Source: Candidatus Latescibacterota bacterium (lineage in GTDB: Bacteria > Latescibacterota > UBA2968 > UBA8231). Taken from it: a DNA stretch of 64,000 nucleotides. Positions 40,151 to 50,480 of the stretch are shown here, piece by piece; the first letter of the stretch is position 1, and each line of letters begins with the position of its first letter. The translations under genes were made by a program, and so were the position numbers. The DNA lies in contig CBDFJF010000002.1 of the NCBI GenBank assembly GCA_965248265.1, positions 2,464,001 through 2,528,000 of the forward strand, read 5' to 3'. The notes below the pieces were generated by a model, which ran no database searches, was not told the DNA's origin, and saw nothing but the letters and a program-made list of their open reading frames with translations.

Positions 40151-40960
40151 ATGTTCGTGGTGACCAGGCTTGCTCTGACGGTTGCTTTGGTAACCGCGGC
40201 GCCGCACAACCAGGTGTTTTCTGAGGAAACTGGAGGGACAAAGCCCACGGAATTGCATGCGCCAGAGACCTCCGTCCAGAAGGCAGCCAAGCAGACCCTG
40301 GACTCGGCCCCTTTCAATGCCGTCTTGATGAAGCATCTGAAGAGGGGGCGAATCGATTTCGCTGGCCTGCATGCCGATACGTCGGCGACGGCGCGACTGC
40401 AAGACTACGTTGAGGCCATCGCCGGAATGCCGGAAAACGAGCCACTATCCTCGTGGATCAATACCTACAATGCACTGGTCGTGCACGCTGTTCTGGAGCG
40501 CTACCCGCTGGCCAGTGTGAAGGATGCTGAGGGGGGCGACTTCAAGTTCTTTCGGGAGATCTACTACACCGTCGCTGGTAAAAAGCGATCCCTCGACGAC
40601 ATTGAAAACGGGGTCATACGCCCACGCTTCGAGGATGCCCGCATCCACGTGGCTCTCAACTGCGGAGCCCTATCCTGTCCGCCGCTGCCTCCCAAGGCCT
40701 TCGAGGAGGCCACCCTGGATGCCGATCTCGACCAGCTTGCGGAGGTGACGGTCAACGACGGCCATCATCTCTACATCAAGGATGAGAAACTGGTCGTCAA
40801 TGAGATTTTCAAGTGGTTTGAGCCGGACTTCGCCAGGGACCGGGGCTCACTCCTGAAGTGGATTCAGGCCTATTCTGAAGATCCAGCCATCGATGGGCTG
40901 GCTGCCGATGTGGCCATCGAAGTCTATCCGTACGACTGGGCCCTGTCGGCCGAGCAATAG
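40151..40960 (+). CDS. DUF547 domain secreted protein
   Basis: WINTYNA, SLDDIE, DARIHVALNCGALSCP, IFKWF and YDWAL. Confidence 0.9.
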   Translation: MFVVTRLALTVALVTAAPHNQVFSEETGGTKPTELHAPETSVQKAAKQTLDSAPFNAVLMKHLKRGRIDFAGLHADTSATARLQDYVEAIAGMPENEPLSSWINTYNALVVHAVLERYPLASVKDAEGGDFKFFREIYYTVAGKKRSLDDIENGVIRPRFEDARIHVALNCGALSCPPLPPKAFEEATLDADLDQLAEVTVNDGHHLYIKDEKLVVNEIFKWFEPDFARDRGSLLKWIQAYSEDPAIDGLAADVAIEVYPYDWALSAEQ

Positions 40961-40979
40961 CAAGAGAGAAGCCAACGAT

Positions 40980-41981
40980 ATGACAGCAACCATCGATTAC
41001 CGGGACATCGACCGGCAGACCTGGGAAGAGGAGCTGGAAGACTTCGTCCCCAATCGCATCATGGATGCCCACATTCATCTGTACAATCACGCTGACTTCC
41101 CGGAGCCGCCACCACCATCGCGACAGACCGAGGACAATGATCTCGCGGACCTCAACAACTGGGCACAGATTTTGTATCCGGGCAGGCAGATGAACTACCT
41201 GATACTGGGCAATCCGCACCCGGCGATCGACGTTCAGAGGCACGTGGCCTTCACCAAGGCCCAGATCGAGCAGATGCCGGAGGTTCGCCACAACCGTCTG
41301 GTGAAACCAAGCTGCACAATCGAGGACATCGCCCGCGATCTGGAGCATCCCCAATTCATCGGCCTCAAGCCCTACCGCACGCTTTCCGTGACCGGTGATA
41401 TCGCGCAGTGTCGGATTCACGAGTTCCTGCCGCACGAGCAGATGGAGTTTGCCAACGAGCACAACTTGTGGGTGACGATGCATCTGTCACGCTATCACGG
41501 CTGTGCCGACGAGCACAATCTCGATGACCTGGAGGAGTACACGACCAAGCGCTATCCAGGCATCAAATGGTTGCTCGCGCACTGTGCGCGCAGTTTCACC
41601 TACTGGCCGATCAAGCAGGCGGTGGAGAGGCTGCGCGACATGCCGAATATTTACTACGACACCTCGGCGGTCACCGATCCGCGGCCCTACGTCACGCTCC
41701 TTACCCAAGAGGACCCGAAACGCATTTTCTGGGGTTCAGACGGCATCATTGCCGCTTTCTTTCACGGCTTCTATGCCGCCATGGGACGCGCCTGGCAGCA
41801 TTTTGATGCGGATGAGAGCGAGCTCAAGTTTCCGCACTGTGATGGCCGGCCCATTCTCTCCGTGTACGAGCAACTGCTGTCGCTGAAATTTGCCGCTGAG
41901 ATGGCCCAACTGTCCCGGGATCAGATAGAGGGCATTTTCTGGGGCAATGCGACGGCGGCGCTGGGGATTGCTGAGGCGTAG
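40980..41981 (+). CDS. Amidohydrolase_2 family protein
   Basis: IMDAHIH, GLKPY, LAHCAR, YYDTS and WGSD. Confidence 0.85.
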   Translation: MTATIDYRDIDRQTWEEELEDFVPNRIMDAHIHLYNHADFPEPPPPSRQTEDNDLADLNNWAQILYPGRQMNYLILGNPHPAIDVQRHVAFTKAQIEQMPEVRHNRLVKPSCTIEDIARDLEHPQFIGLKPYRTLSVTGDIAQCRIHEFLPHEQMEFANEHNLWVTMHLSRYHGCADEHNLDDLEEYTTKRYPGIKWLLAHCARSFTYWPIKQAVERLRDMPNIYYDTSAVTDPRPYVTLLTQEDPKRIFWGSDGIIAAFFHGFYAAMGRAWQHFDADESELKFPHCDGRPILSVYEQLLSLKFAAEMAQLSRDQIEGIFWGNATAALGIAEA

Positions 41982-41986
41982 GCGAT

Positions 41987-42715
41987 ATGCTCGACCAAGC
42001 ACGGACAGAACTCGCACCGACCGGCGTCCTCCGGGCCGGCATCAATCTCTCGAACTTTCTGCTGGTCACCGGCAAAACCCCGAAGGGCGATCCGCAAGGG
42101 GTATCTCCAGACATGGCTCGCGAAGTGGCGGATCGGTTGGGTGTCGGGGTCGAGTACATAACCTTCGATACCCCGGGCCAGCTTGCGGACGCCGCCGTCG
42201 ATGATGTCTGGGACGTCGGCAACATCGGCGCCGAGCCCGAGCGGGCGAAGACGATCGCCTTCACTGCGGCCTACGTCGAGATCGAGGCCACTTACCTGGT
42301 GCCCGATGGTTCGCCGATCCAGGCCGTCGAGGAGGTGGATCGCGAAGGGGTGCGCATTTCCGTTTACGGGCGCAGCGCCTATGGACTATGGCTGAGTGAC
42401 AACATTCAGCACGCGGAGCTGGTCAAGACCGAGGGCATCGATGCCTCGCTCGACAAGTTCGTGGGGGAGGGCTTGGACGCCCTTGCGGGTCTGCGGCCCC
42501 GGTTGATAGACGATGTGGAGAAGCTGCCCGGAGCGCGGATCCTGAACGGCCAGTTTACGGCGGTGCAGCAGGCCATCGGCACGAAGCCGGACCGCGAGGT
42601 CGGCGCTGCCTTCCTGCGCGACTTCGTGGAGGAAGCCAAGGCGAGCGGGCTGGTCGCCGGGCTCCTCGAGAAGCACGGCGTGGTGGGTCAGCTTACGGTG
42701 GCGCCACTCGCCTGA
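41987..42715 (+). CDS. Amino-acid ABC-type substrate-binding protein (orphan)
   Basis: LAPTGVLRAGINLSN, AYVEIEATYLV and FVEEAKASG. No signal peptide and no permease nearby. Confidence 0.85.
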   Translation: MLDQARTELAPTGVLRAGINLSNFLLVTGKTPKGDPQGVSPDMAREVADRLGVGVEYITFDTPGQLADAAVDDVWDVGNIGAEPERAKTIAFTAAYVEIEATYLVPDGSPIQAVEEVDREGVRISVYGRSAYGLWLSDNIQHAELVKTEGIDASLDKFVGEGLDALAGLRPRLIDDVEKLPGARILNGQFTAVQQAIGTKPDREVGAAFLRDFVEEAKASGLVAGLLEKHGVVGQLTVAPLA

Positions 42716-42727
42716 CAGCGAACGACT

Positions 42728-43462
42728 TCAACTCTCGAACTTTTCAGCCCAGTAATCCGGCCACATGGAACTACCCAGGTATTCCTGACCCGGGTCCCAG
42801 AAGGAGTTCGGTTGCAGGGTGAGTTCACGGTTGTTGGGCATGTCGAGGCTGTCGGGCAAGGGGGATATCTCACCGGGGACACCCTTCACGAAACTGTGCG
42901 CCGGCACGTCTTTGTTGACGACGGCTCCGGCCGCGATGAAGCTGCGCTCTCCGATGTGTACACCTGGAAGGACCGTGCACCCACCGCCGATCATGACGTC
43001 GTCGTCGACGGTGGCCCCGCGCGGTTCCGGCGTGGGATCGCGCCGTCCCGGATGGCGGTCGTTGAGAAAGGTCACGCCCGGTCCCACGAACACATTGTCG
43101 CCAAACCATGTTCGCGACGGGATGTAGCAGTTGGACATGATGCGAACACCGTCACCGAAGCGAACGATGCCTTCGATGGCCGAGTGGTTCATGATGGTGC
43201 AGTAATCGCCCATGTTGACGACAGCCCGGATTACTGCATAATGGCCCGCCTGGAAGTAGTCTCCGATGGTCACGTCTCCATAGATGATCGTGCCGCTGTG
43301 GATCTGGCAGTGGTCGCCAACGCGGGCGGGGCCGGATTTCTCGTGGTAGGGGACGCCGATATCCACTCCCTCCTCGATGTAGTGGTTCTTGCCGATGACG
43401 GCGTTCTCGAAGCGGGTGAGATCTTCGATCCTGGTTGTCTGGCTCACTGATTCGTCCTCCAT
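42728..43462 (-). CDS. Hexapeptide-repeat acyltransferase
   Basis: VFVGPGVTFLND, IGGGCTVLPGVHIG and AAGAVVNKDVP. Confidence 0.88.
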   Translation of the reverse strand: MEDESVSQTTRIEDLTRFENAVIGKNHYIEEGVDIGVPYHEKSGPARVGDHCQIHSGTIIYGDVTIGDYFQAGHYAVIRAVVNMGDYCTIMNHSAIEGIVRFGDGVRIMSNCYIPSRTWFGDNVFVGPGVTFLNDRHPGRRDPTPEPRGATVDDDVMIGGGCTVLPGVHIGERSFIAAGAVVNKDVPAHSFVKGVPGEISPLPDSLDMPNNRELTLQPNSFWDPGQEYLGSSMWPDYWAEKFES

Positions 43463-43488
43463 GGGTCTTGCTTCGAGTCTGGTGGTCG

Positions 43489-44667
43489 TCATGGCGATCG
43501 CCCAGCGGCGGTGGCGCGATCCAAGCGCCACACATCTCCCGGACGCCACGCAGACTCAACGCGGTGAAAAAAATCGTGCTTGCCCAACTGTACCTGCTCC
43601 GGCGACATGGTTATCGCATTTCCCGCTGCGAGGAATAGAGCGTCCGCGTGGACGTGAATGGAGCACGCGTGGCGCCGGCTCCAGGGCGTATGCGGCAGCT
43701 CCTCCCAATGTTCGCCGTCCGCAGAATACCACACGTCGTTGCGATTGCCGTCGGTGCCAACCTCAGCTGCGTGGTCCGCCACCCCACGCTGCCCCCCTAA
43801 CACCCAGAGCTTGCCATCCCACGCCGCGGTATCGTGATACGAGCGCCCAGGCCAGGGAGCCTCTCCCTCCGCCAGATGACAGGTCCATTCGCGACCGTCT
43901 GCCGACGACCACACATCGTTGTGGAAGGTGCGCGTCTTCAGTCTTGGCTGCTGCTCGAGGTCGTATCGCAGTGAACTCAACATGGCCCCACCCGTTCCAA
44001 CGTATCCGCCACCCAGGATCCACATTCGACCGTGGAGCGCTGGCACGCCACCATTCGCCCCGGTGATCATGCCCCTGGGCGCCCATGGTGCGTTGTCCGT
44101 CACCAGCTCCCAGCTCAGGCCGTCCTTTGTCCGCCAGACGTCGCGCAGCGGTGGAGGCGCCGGCGGAATGGGTTTCCCAGCCTTCAAGTCCGTCAGGAAA
44201 CTGCTCTGGCTGGCTGCGCCGGCCTGACCACCCATGACCCAGATTGAGCCGTCGAAGACGGTGACCATCTGGTTGCCGCGCTCTTGCCAGGGTACGGTCG
44301 CCGCGACGAGCTCCCAATTCACGCCATCCACCGACTTCCACACGTCGTCGGGGGTCCTGTTCTCTGCGCCGATGACCCAGATGTGGCCGTCGTGCACAAC
44401 GCCCCCGTGCATGTGCCGGCCGCTCCACGGCGCAGTGGCCGCCAGGGACCAGCTGCCGCCATCATCATCCGAGCACCACACCTCCGAGCACACCTCCGAC
44501 TCGAACGAGCCAGCGCCTGCGCCGGCGAGGTCCGCCCTCGCACCCGCGTACTGATTCCAGCCACCCAGAAGGAAGAGCTTGCCCTGGAAGGAGACGAGCT
44601 GCGCTCCGTCGCGAGGCGACCACGGCACGTCCGAGGTCACACAGCTCCAGTCGTACGGGTTGGTCAT
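43489..44667 (-). CDS. Kelch-repeat beta-propeller protein
   Basis: About six PWxxR...(L/I)W(V/L)xGG...DVWxSxDG..W repeats. Confidence 0.8.
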   Translation of the reverse strand: MTNPYDWSCVTSDVPWSPRDGAQLVSFQGKLFLLGGWNQYAGARADLAGAGAGSFESEVCSEVWCSDDDGGSWSLAATAPWSGRHMHGGVVHDGHIWVIGAENRTPDDVWKSVDGVNWELVAATVPWQERGNQMVTVFDGSIWVMGGQAGAASQSSFLTDLKAGKPIPPAPPPLRDVWRTKDGLSWELVTDNAPWAPRGMITGANGGVPALHGRMWILGGGYVGTGGAMLSSLRYDLEQQPRLKTRTFHNDVWSSADGREWTCHLAEGEAPWPGRSYHDTAAWDGKLWVLGGQRGVADHAAEVGTDGNRNDVWYSADGEHWEELPHTPWSRRHACSIHVHADALFLAAGNAITMSPEQVQLGKHDFFHRVESAWRPGDVWRLDRATAAGRSP

Positions 44668-44769
44668 TGATTGTCTGTCCTCTCGAATTGCCGCCGCCAT
44701 GGCCGAACTCGCCAGCTTGATCTCAGTTGAAACAGAGTCTCCTGCTCTCGCAAACTTATGTGCCTCGCC

Positions 44770-46233
44770 TTAGGATCGATGCCCGACGAAAGCGGCGCTT
44801 GCTGCGGCGATCGACGGGAAGGCTCCATCCGCTACCGCGGCGCACAGTGCTGCACCCACGGCAGCTTCTTCGGTGTGAGGGGCGAGCTGTGTCGGCATGC
44901 CGAGCTCCTGCTCGAGTGACGCCCTGAGCACCGGATTCAATCTGACGCCGTTTCCCGAACCGACCAGTTGCGATCTCTCGCTGGCGCCGAGCTTCAGTGC
45001 TTGCCGATACGAGTCGGCCAGCTGGGCAGCCATCGCTTCGAACAAAGCCCGCGCCAGGTGACCGGGGGTAAACGTGCTGGGTGTGAGATCGCGGATTGCC
45101 GCTTTCGCCAGCGGGTTGCTCCGTGAACCGGTGAACAGGGGATCGAATTTAACACCTTCGGCGCCAGCAGGGACCTCGACGGCCAGTTCGACGAGCCGTT
45201 CGTACACCAGATCGGGGTCCAGATCCTGTCCTGCGAGTAGGCTGCTGGTGCGGCTGAAGAAATCTCTGAGCGTTCGGAACGTGCGGCCACCGACCACTCC
45301 AACGCCAGCCAGGAGATAGCCGGACTGAAGAAACGGTCGAAGCTCCAGCCAACCTCGTGGCATCGGCTTTTCGACGAAAACGGAGGTCTGCCCACCCGTA
45401 CCGACGTTGATCGCCAGCGTGGTCGCGTAGTCGGCAACCGTTCCCGCGAAACTGCACTGGTGGTCACCGGAAGCAACGGATACCGGAATGCCGGACTGGA
45501 CGCCGATCTTTGATGCCATCAGGTCGGTGATCTGACCTGCGCGTGTACATGACTCAGCCAGATTTGAGAGCAGTGAGCGGTCGAGGCCCAATGTGTCGAT
45601 CAGATCAAAATCCCAATCGAGCTCAACGACGTCGTACACCCCCCAGCTGAGCGCGTCGGTGGGATCGGTGACCGGTCGTTCGTCGGTGAGGCGAGACACC
45701 ACGAACTCAGGCGCCGTTGTGGCGTGGACCCCGGTGGGCAGTCGATCGTTGGCCTGGAGCCAGAACAAGCTTGGCGCCGTGTAGCCAGTAACGAGCGGGC
45801 AACCGGTGTTTTCGAATGTCGGCAGCCCACCGGTTTCGATGACGGCGCTACCAACATCGGCCATCTTCTCGAGATAAGTCCGTTTCTGGCCCGGAACGAT
45901 CTCTTTCGAGCGTTGGTCCTGCCACGAGATGAACCGATCGACTGTTTTGAGATCGTTGTCGAGAAGCTGGAGACCTTGTTGTTGTCCGGTGACTCCCACC
46001 GCCGCCGGTTGGGCAGAGATTCGGGCGATCAGAGCCGCGGCGTTGTTCACCGCCAGCTCAGTCATCTCTTCCAGGTCCCACTCAGATCGACCGATCCGCT
46101 TGTCTGCCGTCGACGTGATTTCAGCCGTGTTGGCGACGCTGGAGGAGCCGACAATCGTTCCCGTGTCGAGATCGACAATCACGGCAGCCACGGTGGTGGA
46201 GCCGATGTCGATTGCGAGGTAGTGGGTTGCCAT
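44770..46233 (-). CDS. FGGY carbohydrate kinase (sedoheptulokinase-like)
   Basis: IDIGSTT, VTGQQQG, SWQDQR, GDHQ, NVGTGGQ, GSGNG and EEAAVGAA. Confidence 0.88.
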   Translation of the reverse strand: MATHYLAIDIGSTTVAAVIVDLDTGTIVGSSSVANTAEITSTADKRIGRSEWDLEEMTELAVNNAAALIARISAQPAAVGVTGQQQGLQLLDNDLKTVDRFISWQDQRSKEIVPGQKRTYLEKMADVGSAVIETGGLPTFENTGCPLVTGYTAPSLFWLQANDRLPTGVHATTAPEFVVSRLTDERPVTDPTDALSWGVYDVVELDWDFDLIDTLGLDRSLLSNLAESCTRAGQITDLMASKIGVQSGIPVSVASGDHQCSFAGTVADYATTLAINVGTGGQTSVFVEKPMPRGWLELRPFLQSGYLLAGVGVVGGRTFRTLRDFFSRTSSLLAGQDLDPDLVYERLVELAVEVPAGAEGVKFDPLFTGSRSNPLAKAAIRDLTPSTFTPGHLARALFEAMAAQLADSYRQALKLGASERSQLVGSGNGVRLNPVLRASLEQELGMPTQLAPHTEEAAVGAALCAAVADGAFPSIAAASAAFVGHRS

Positions 46234-46281
46234 CTGGAGTCCGATACTAGGGGCGAACAATGCCTACCGGGTTACCGACGC

Positions 46282-47280
46282 TCAGCCGGTGACCGCCTGC
46301 GCCAAATAGGCCTCAAAGTCCAGTACTGCCCCCTGATCTGAAGCCACCCCCAGAGCCTCCACGAGCCCCAGCACGACGAGGTTGTCCCTGCCACTGAAAG
46401 GTGGTTCCACCCCTTCCTCCACGTAGCGCCGGAATCCGTCGAGCAACTCCTCCTGTGAATTGGTCTCATCGAGGGGTACGATCACCGACTTTGCGCCGCC
46501 GGGTGTCTGAACCCGCAGGCCGTCCGCCACCTGCTCGATGGCGCCCCCGGTGCATTCGATCCGCAAGCTCGATCCGCTACCGTGGGATGCGAAGGTGCAG
46601 AGCAGGCCGAAGCGGGTACCACTGTCGAACTGCACCCAGCCGTGGAAACCGCCGCCGCCCTGGTAGGGGCTCCAGGAGGGATTGAAGCTGTCGGCCCACA
46701 CACGCACCGGACGAGACCCGAGGACGGACACGATTTCGTCCAGATCGTGGATGCCGCGCTCCCACAGATAGGCGTGGCGGTCATCGCCGGAGTGGTGAGT
46801 GCCGGGGCGCCAACCGAATTTCGTCATCAGCCCGAATTCCGGGACCCCGTAGGTCCCGGCGCGGATGAGGCGGCGCAGGGTCGTGGCCAACGGATCGAGC
46901 TGACGCTGCTGACAGACGGCGACCTTGAGTCCGGCGGCGTCGGCCTCATCGACGATCTGCCTGCCCTGTTTGAGATCCTTCGTGAACGGCTTCTCCACCA
47001 GCACGTGCTTGCTGGAGCGCACCGCCTCCAGGCACTGTTCGTAGTGCAGGTCCGGCGGCGTGATGACGACGACGGCATCCGCCTCCACCGCTTGCAGGGC
47101 GGCGTCGAGGGAGGTAAAGCAGGCTTCCTCGCCCAGCCCACTCGTCTCCATGGCCGCCTGCAGATTCTCTTCCACCACATCCACCAGGGCCACGGATTCG
47201 AAATCTTCCCGACCGCTGATGCTCTGGACAGGCCAGCGACCGCGGCCGCCGGTGCCCAGGTGTACGGTTCGTATTGTCAT
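46282..47280 (-). CDS. Gfo/Idh/MocA oxidoreductase
   Basis: LGTGGRG, HVLVEKP and GIHDLD. Confidence 0.9.
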   Translation of the reverse strand: MTIRTVHLGTGGRGRWPVQSISGREDFESVALVDVVEENLQAAMETSGLGEEACFTSLDAALQAVEADAVVVITPPDLHYEQCLEAVRSSKHVLVEKPFTKDLKQGRQIVDEADAAGLKVAVCQQRQLDPLATTLRRLIRAGTYGVPEFGLMTKFGWRPGTHHSGDDRHAYLWERGIHDLDEIVSVLGSRPVRVWADSFNPSWSPYQGGGGFHGWVQFDSGTRFGLLCTFASHGSGSSLRIECTGGAIEQVADGLRVQTPGGAKSVIVPLDETNSQEELLDGFRRYVEEGVEPPFSGRDNLVVLGLVEALGVASDQGAVLDFEAYLAQAVTG

Positions 47281-47543
47281 CCCTCTTCTTCCAGTTCCGC
47301 GGCATCAGCTCATCCACTTCGAGTTGTGCTCGCTGCTCCGTGAGTGGGTTGCGTAAATCCTTCGAGGAGCTTTCGAAGATAGCGCTGAGACGGAACGGTA
47401 AGAACCGACAAGCGGCCATTGTAGCATAGTCTATATTGGTTGGATCTAGGTGTCGAGTGGGAACTTAGAATGGAGGAACGACGACGAAACCCAATCCAAC
47501 CGCTGCTGAGATAGCAGTAAGTCTGAGACTGTGATACCTGTCC

Positions 47544-49184
47544 ATGGCTATCCCCGACTACGGCATCATTTACAACTGGGACGGCAATCCGCTCAGTTAC
47601 AGCGAATACCCTCAGTCCGTCGAACAACTCCTCGAAAAGAGCTACGCGCCGATCAGGGACACACAGGTCGGGGCTCACTTTTGGTGTGTTGGTGAGCACG
47701 AGGCCAAGTGGCCTTCGCAAGACCTGCCGATGGCGGGCGACGCGGTCGGGCGGGTGTACGAAACCGTCTGGAACATGAGGAAGGCCGAGAGCATTCGGGC
47801 CATGTTCGAGCGCGGCGAAGATCCCTACGGCGACATGGTCAGGTATGGTCACCAGATCGGTGTCGACGTGTGGGCGTCGGTGCGGATGAACGACAATCAC
47901 TTCTGGTCTCTCGATCCAACCGACGGAGAGGTTTCTAACCGCGGAAAGAATCCGTTGTGGTGGTGGTCGAGCAGGCGCAAGCCGCTGACCGTCGACGAGA
48001 TGACTCGTACCACGGCCAGTTACCTCACCCAGGAACGCAAGGACCACCCGGAGTGGACGCTGGGAGAGTCCGTCGAGCCCTGGGTGGCGACCTCATGGAA
48101 TATGGCCATACCGCAGGTTCGTGAACGGCGTCTGAAGCTGATCTCGGAAGCCTTGCGACAGTCCGACTGGGATGGCGTGGAACTCGACTGGCAGCGGCAC
48201 GGGTTCCATCTTCCGACACATGACGGCTACAGGCTCTCCTACGTGCTCACGGACCTTCAGCGTGCCGTGCGCGCGTTGGCCGACGAGATCGCCCAGGACC
48301 GTAGACGCCCTTTTCACGTGGCGGTGCGGGTGGCCTCGACCCTGGAATCCTGTCGAAGGATCGGCTACGACATCCAGACCTGGGCAGGCGAGGGATTGTG
48401 TGACCTGATTGTTCCCGGCGGCAACTCGGGCACCGACTCCGACATCGACATGGATGGATTCCGGAGGATCATCGAGGGAACGGACATCAAGTTGTATCCC
48501 GGCCTCGATACGGATTTCAGATTACGCGCCAACAGGCTGATGCCGCACCAACAATGGAGCGAGGCGTGGATTCGCGGCGAGGCTGCCAAACTCTGGCACC
48601 AGAAGGCTGATGGCATGTACGCCTTCAACTGGCACGCCAACAGCCAGACAAGGCGAGGATTGCTGACGACGATCGGATCGCCGGCAACGCTGGAAGCGTC
48701 GAACAAGGTCTACGCTGCGCTGCACGGAGTTCATGCAGCGAGAGGGACCCTGCGCCACGGGGCCGACAAGCACGATCGCATTCACGCGGAAACCTCGGTG
48801 ACCCTGCACCCGAGCCTGACTGAGGAAGGTCCAGTATTCCACCTGCCGTTTCATGACGATCCAGCCGACGCTCTCGAGTTCACCGTTGAATTGCAGATCG
48901 AGATCGAGCACTTTTCTCCCACCGTCGACAGGGTAGCGGTGCAACTCAACGGCCATGATCCGGGTCAACCCTCGGTGCGCAACGCGGCTGCGGAAGATCC
49001 GGATGATCCGGCTATGGTTTCGGAGAACAGCTGGCTGGTGTGGTCGATCGATCCAGGGTTGCTGTCCATGGGTGTTCAGGAACTAAAGGTGCGATTGATC
49101 GAGCGGGATGCGCGGCTGAGTGTACCTCTGGTGATCCGGCATGTTGAGATCCATGTCGAGCACGCCGCCAAAGAACGCACTTAG
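47544..49184 (+). CDS. GHL10-like TIM-barrel glycosidase-like protein
   Basis: IYNWDG, SVRMNDNH, DGVELDWQRH and DGMYAFNW. Confidence 0.65.
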   Translation: MAIPDYGIIYNWDGNPLSYSEYPQSVEQLLEKSYAPIRDTQVGAHFWCVGEHEAKWPSQDLPMAGDAVGRVYETVWNMRKAESIRAMFERGEDPYGDMVRYGHQIGVDVWASVRMNDNHFWSLDPTDGEVSNRGKNPLWWWSSRRKPLTVDEMTRTTASYLTQERKDHPEWTLGESVEPWVATSWNMAIPQVRERRLKLISEALRQSDWDGVELDWQRHGFHLPTHDGYRLSYVLTDLQRAVRALADEIAQDRRRPFHVAVRVASTLESCRRIGYDIQTWAGEGLCDLIVPGGNSGTDSDIDMDGFRRIIEGTDIKLYPGLDTDFRLRANRLMPHQQWSEAWIRGEAAKLWHQKADGMYAFNWHANSQTRRGLLTTIGSPATLEASNKVYAALHGVHAARGTLRHGADKHDRIHAETSVTLHPSLTEEGPVFHLPFHDDPADALEFTVELQIEIEHFSPTVDRVAVQLNGHDPGQPSVRNAAAEDPDDPAMVSENSWLVWSIDPGLLSMGVQELKVRLIERDARLSVPLVIRHVEIHVEHAAKERT

Positions 49185-50011
49185 GGGTCCCAGCATCCTT
49201 CGGAGTAGGGTTCACGCATGAACAGTTTTCTGCGTTTTGGGCTGGCCTGCTCCATCCACTCGGCCGGGATCTCCTGGGTATAGCGGTGCGGCGGGCCGAC
49301 CTCTTTGAACACGTCGATGGTGAAGATGCGATAGGGGGTTGGGGAATTCAGCGGTTTGGCCTCGACACCGTGGAAGATGCGGGCGTTGATGTAGACCATG
49401 CTGCCGGGAGGCAGGGTTAGGCGTTTCTCTTCGAGCTTGCGTCCGAGCTCGGCGTCGTAGGCTCCTGACAACATCCGTTCGGGTGTGGCGTCTTCGGTGG
49501 GGGCAATCCGGTGGCTGCCCGGGATCACCTTGAGGTTGCGGTCGCCGAGTGCAAAGCCGAGCGGGTAGTAGAGGACCTGGACGTAGTACTTCTCGCGTTC
49601 GGAAATATTGACGGGATTGTGATGTTTCCAATGATGGTGATCCTGATGGTAGGACATGGGGCCGATGCCCCGTGGGGCGATGCGAAGGGCGGAGTGGCAG
49701 TAGTGGTACTGGGTGCCGATGGTGGCCCTGAGTAACGCAGTAATAAAGGGGTCGTCGATGAGTCTGAGGGCATAGGGTCCCCGCTCGTCCCAGTTCCGAA
49801 TCGCGTAGCGCTCCGGTTCCCCCGACGGGTTGTCCAACGTAGCCAGGTATCCACGTATGGCGTCGTCGTGTTGGGTGATTTCCTCGATCAGGTTTTCTCT
49901 GGCCTCGTCGGTCAGGACATCCGGAAAGACGATGTAGCCATCATCGTGAAAGGAATCGATGTCAGCTGGGGAAGTCCCTGGCAGGCGGAACAAAGAATCT
50001 TGGGGACTCAT
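49181..50011 (-). CDS. PhyH family dioxygenase
   Basis: FHDDGYIV, YHQD, VIPGSH and IFHGV. Confidence 0.85.
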   Translation of the reverse strand: MSPQDSLFRLPGTSPADIDSFHDDGYIVFPDVLTDEARENLIEEITQHDDAIRGYLATLDNPSGEPERYAIRNWDERGPYALRLIDDPFITALLRATIGTQYHYCHSALRIAPRGIGPMSYHQDHHHWKHHNPVNISEREKYYVQVLYYPLGFALGDRNLKVIPGSHRIAPTEDATPERMLSGAYDAELGRKLEEKRLTLPPGSMVYINARIFHGVEAKPLNSPTPYRIFTIDVFKEVGPPHRYTQEIPAEWMEQASPKRRKLFMREPYSEGCWDP

Positions 50012-50136
50012 GGTCTCTCGCGTTGTCGACGATGGAAAAGCCGGTCTTGTTGCAACAGGAAAAGCTAGAGCAAAGCGAAGTCGCTCGCTAATCGCGCTGA
50101 GTGCGCCAGTGTAGCTCGATCTTGCCAGCAATTTAC

Positions 50137-50183
50137 TTGACTATCTTCGTAAGAATCCTTACCTCTATTGTAGGAATTCATAC
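50137..50183 (+). promoter_or_regulatory. Probable toxin-antitoxin promoter/operator
   Basis: TTGACT followed by the palindrome GTAAGAATCCTTAC (50149-50162) and a related GTAGGAATTCATAC (50170-50183), in AT-rich DNA upstream of an AbrB-type gene. Confidence 0.5.
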
Positions 50184-50258
50184 AATAGTACTGATGTGTG
50201 TCGGTTTTGGTAGCGTAAGCGGTATAACACCAATGTCACCGTGTAAGGGAGGTATTGA

Positions 50259-50480
50259 ATGAAGGCGATTCTTTCGCAGAAAGGACAGGTAACCATTCCC
50301 AAATCGTGCCGGGATAAGCTCGGCTTGAAGACGGGAACGGTCCTTGATTTCGAAGCCGTCGACGGTACGCTGGTGGCTCGCAAGTTGCAGCAGCAAGACG
50401 TCTTCAGTAAGTGGCGGGGCAAAGGAAAACTTCCCGGAGGTCAGGGAGTAGACGAGTATCTCAAGGGAACGCGTGAGTGA
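50259..50480 (+). CDS. vapB: AbrB/MazE-type antitoxin
   Basis: SQKGQVTIPKSCRDKLGLKTG. GGAGG RBS and GTGA overlap with the PIN gene. Confidence 0.88.
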   Translation: MKAILSQKGQVTIPKSCRDKLGLKTGTVLDFEAVDGTLVARKLQQQDVFSKWRGKGKLPGGQGVDEYLKGTRE

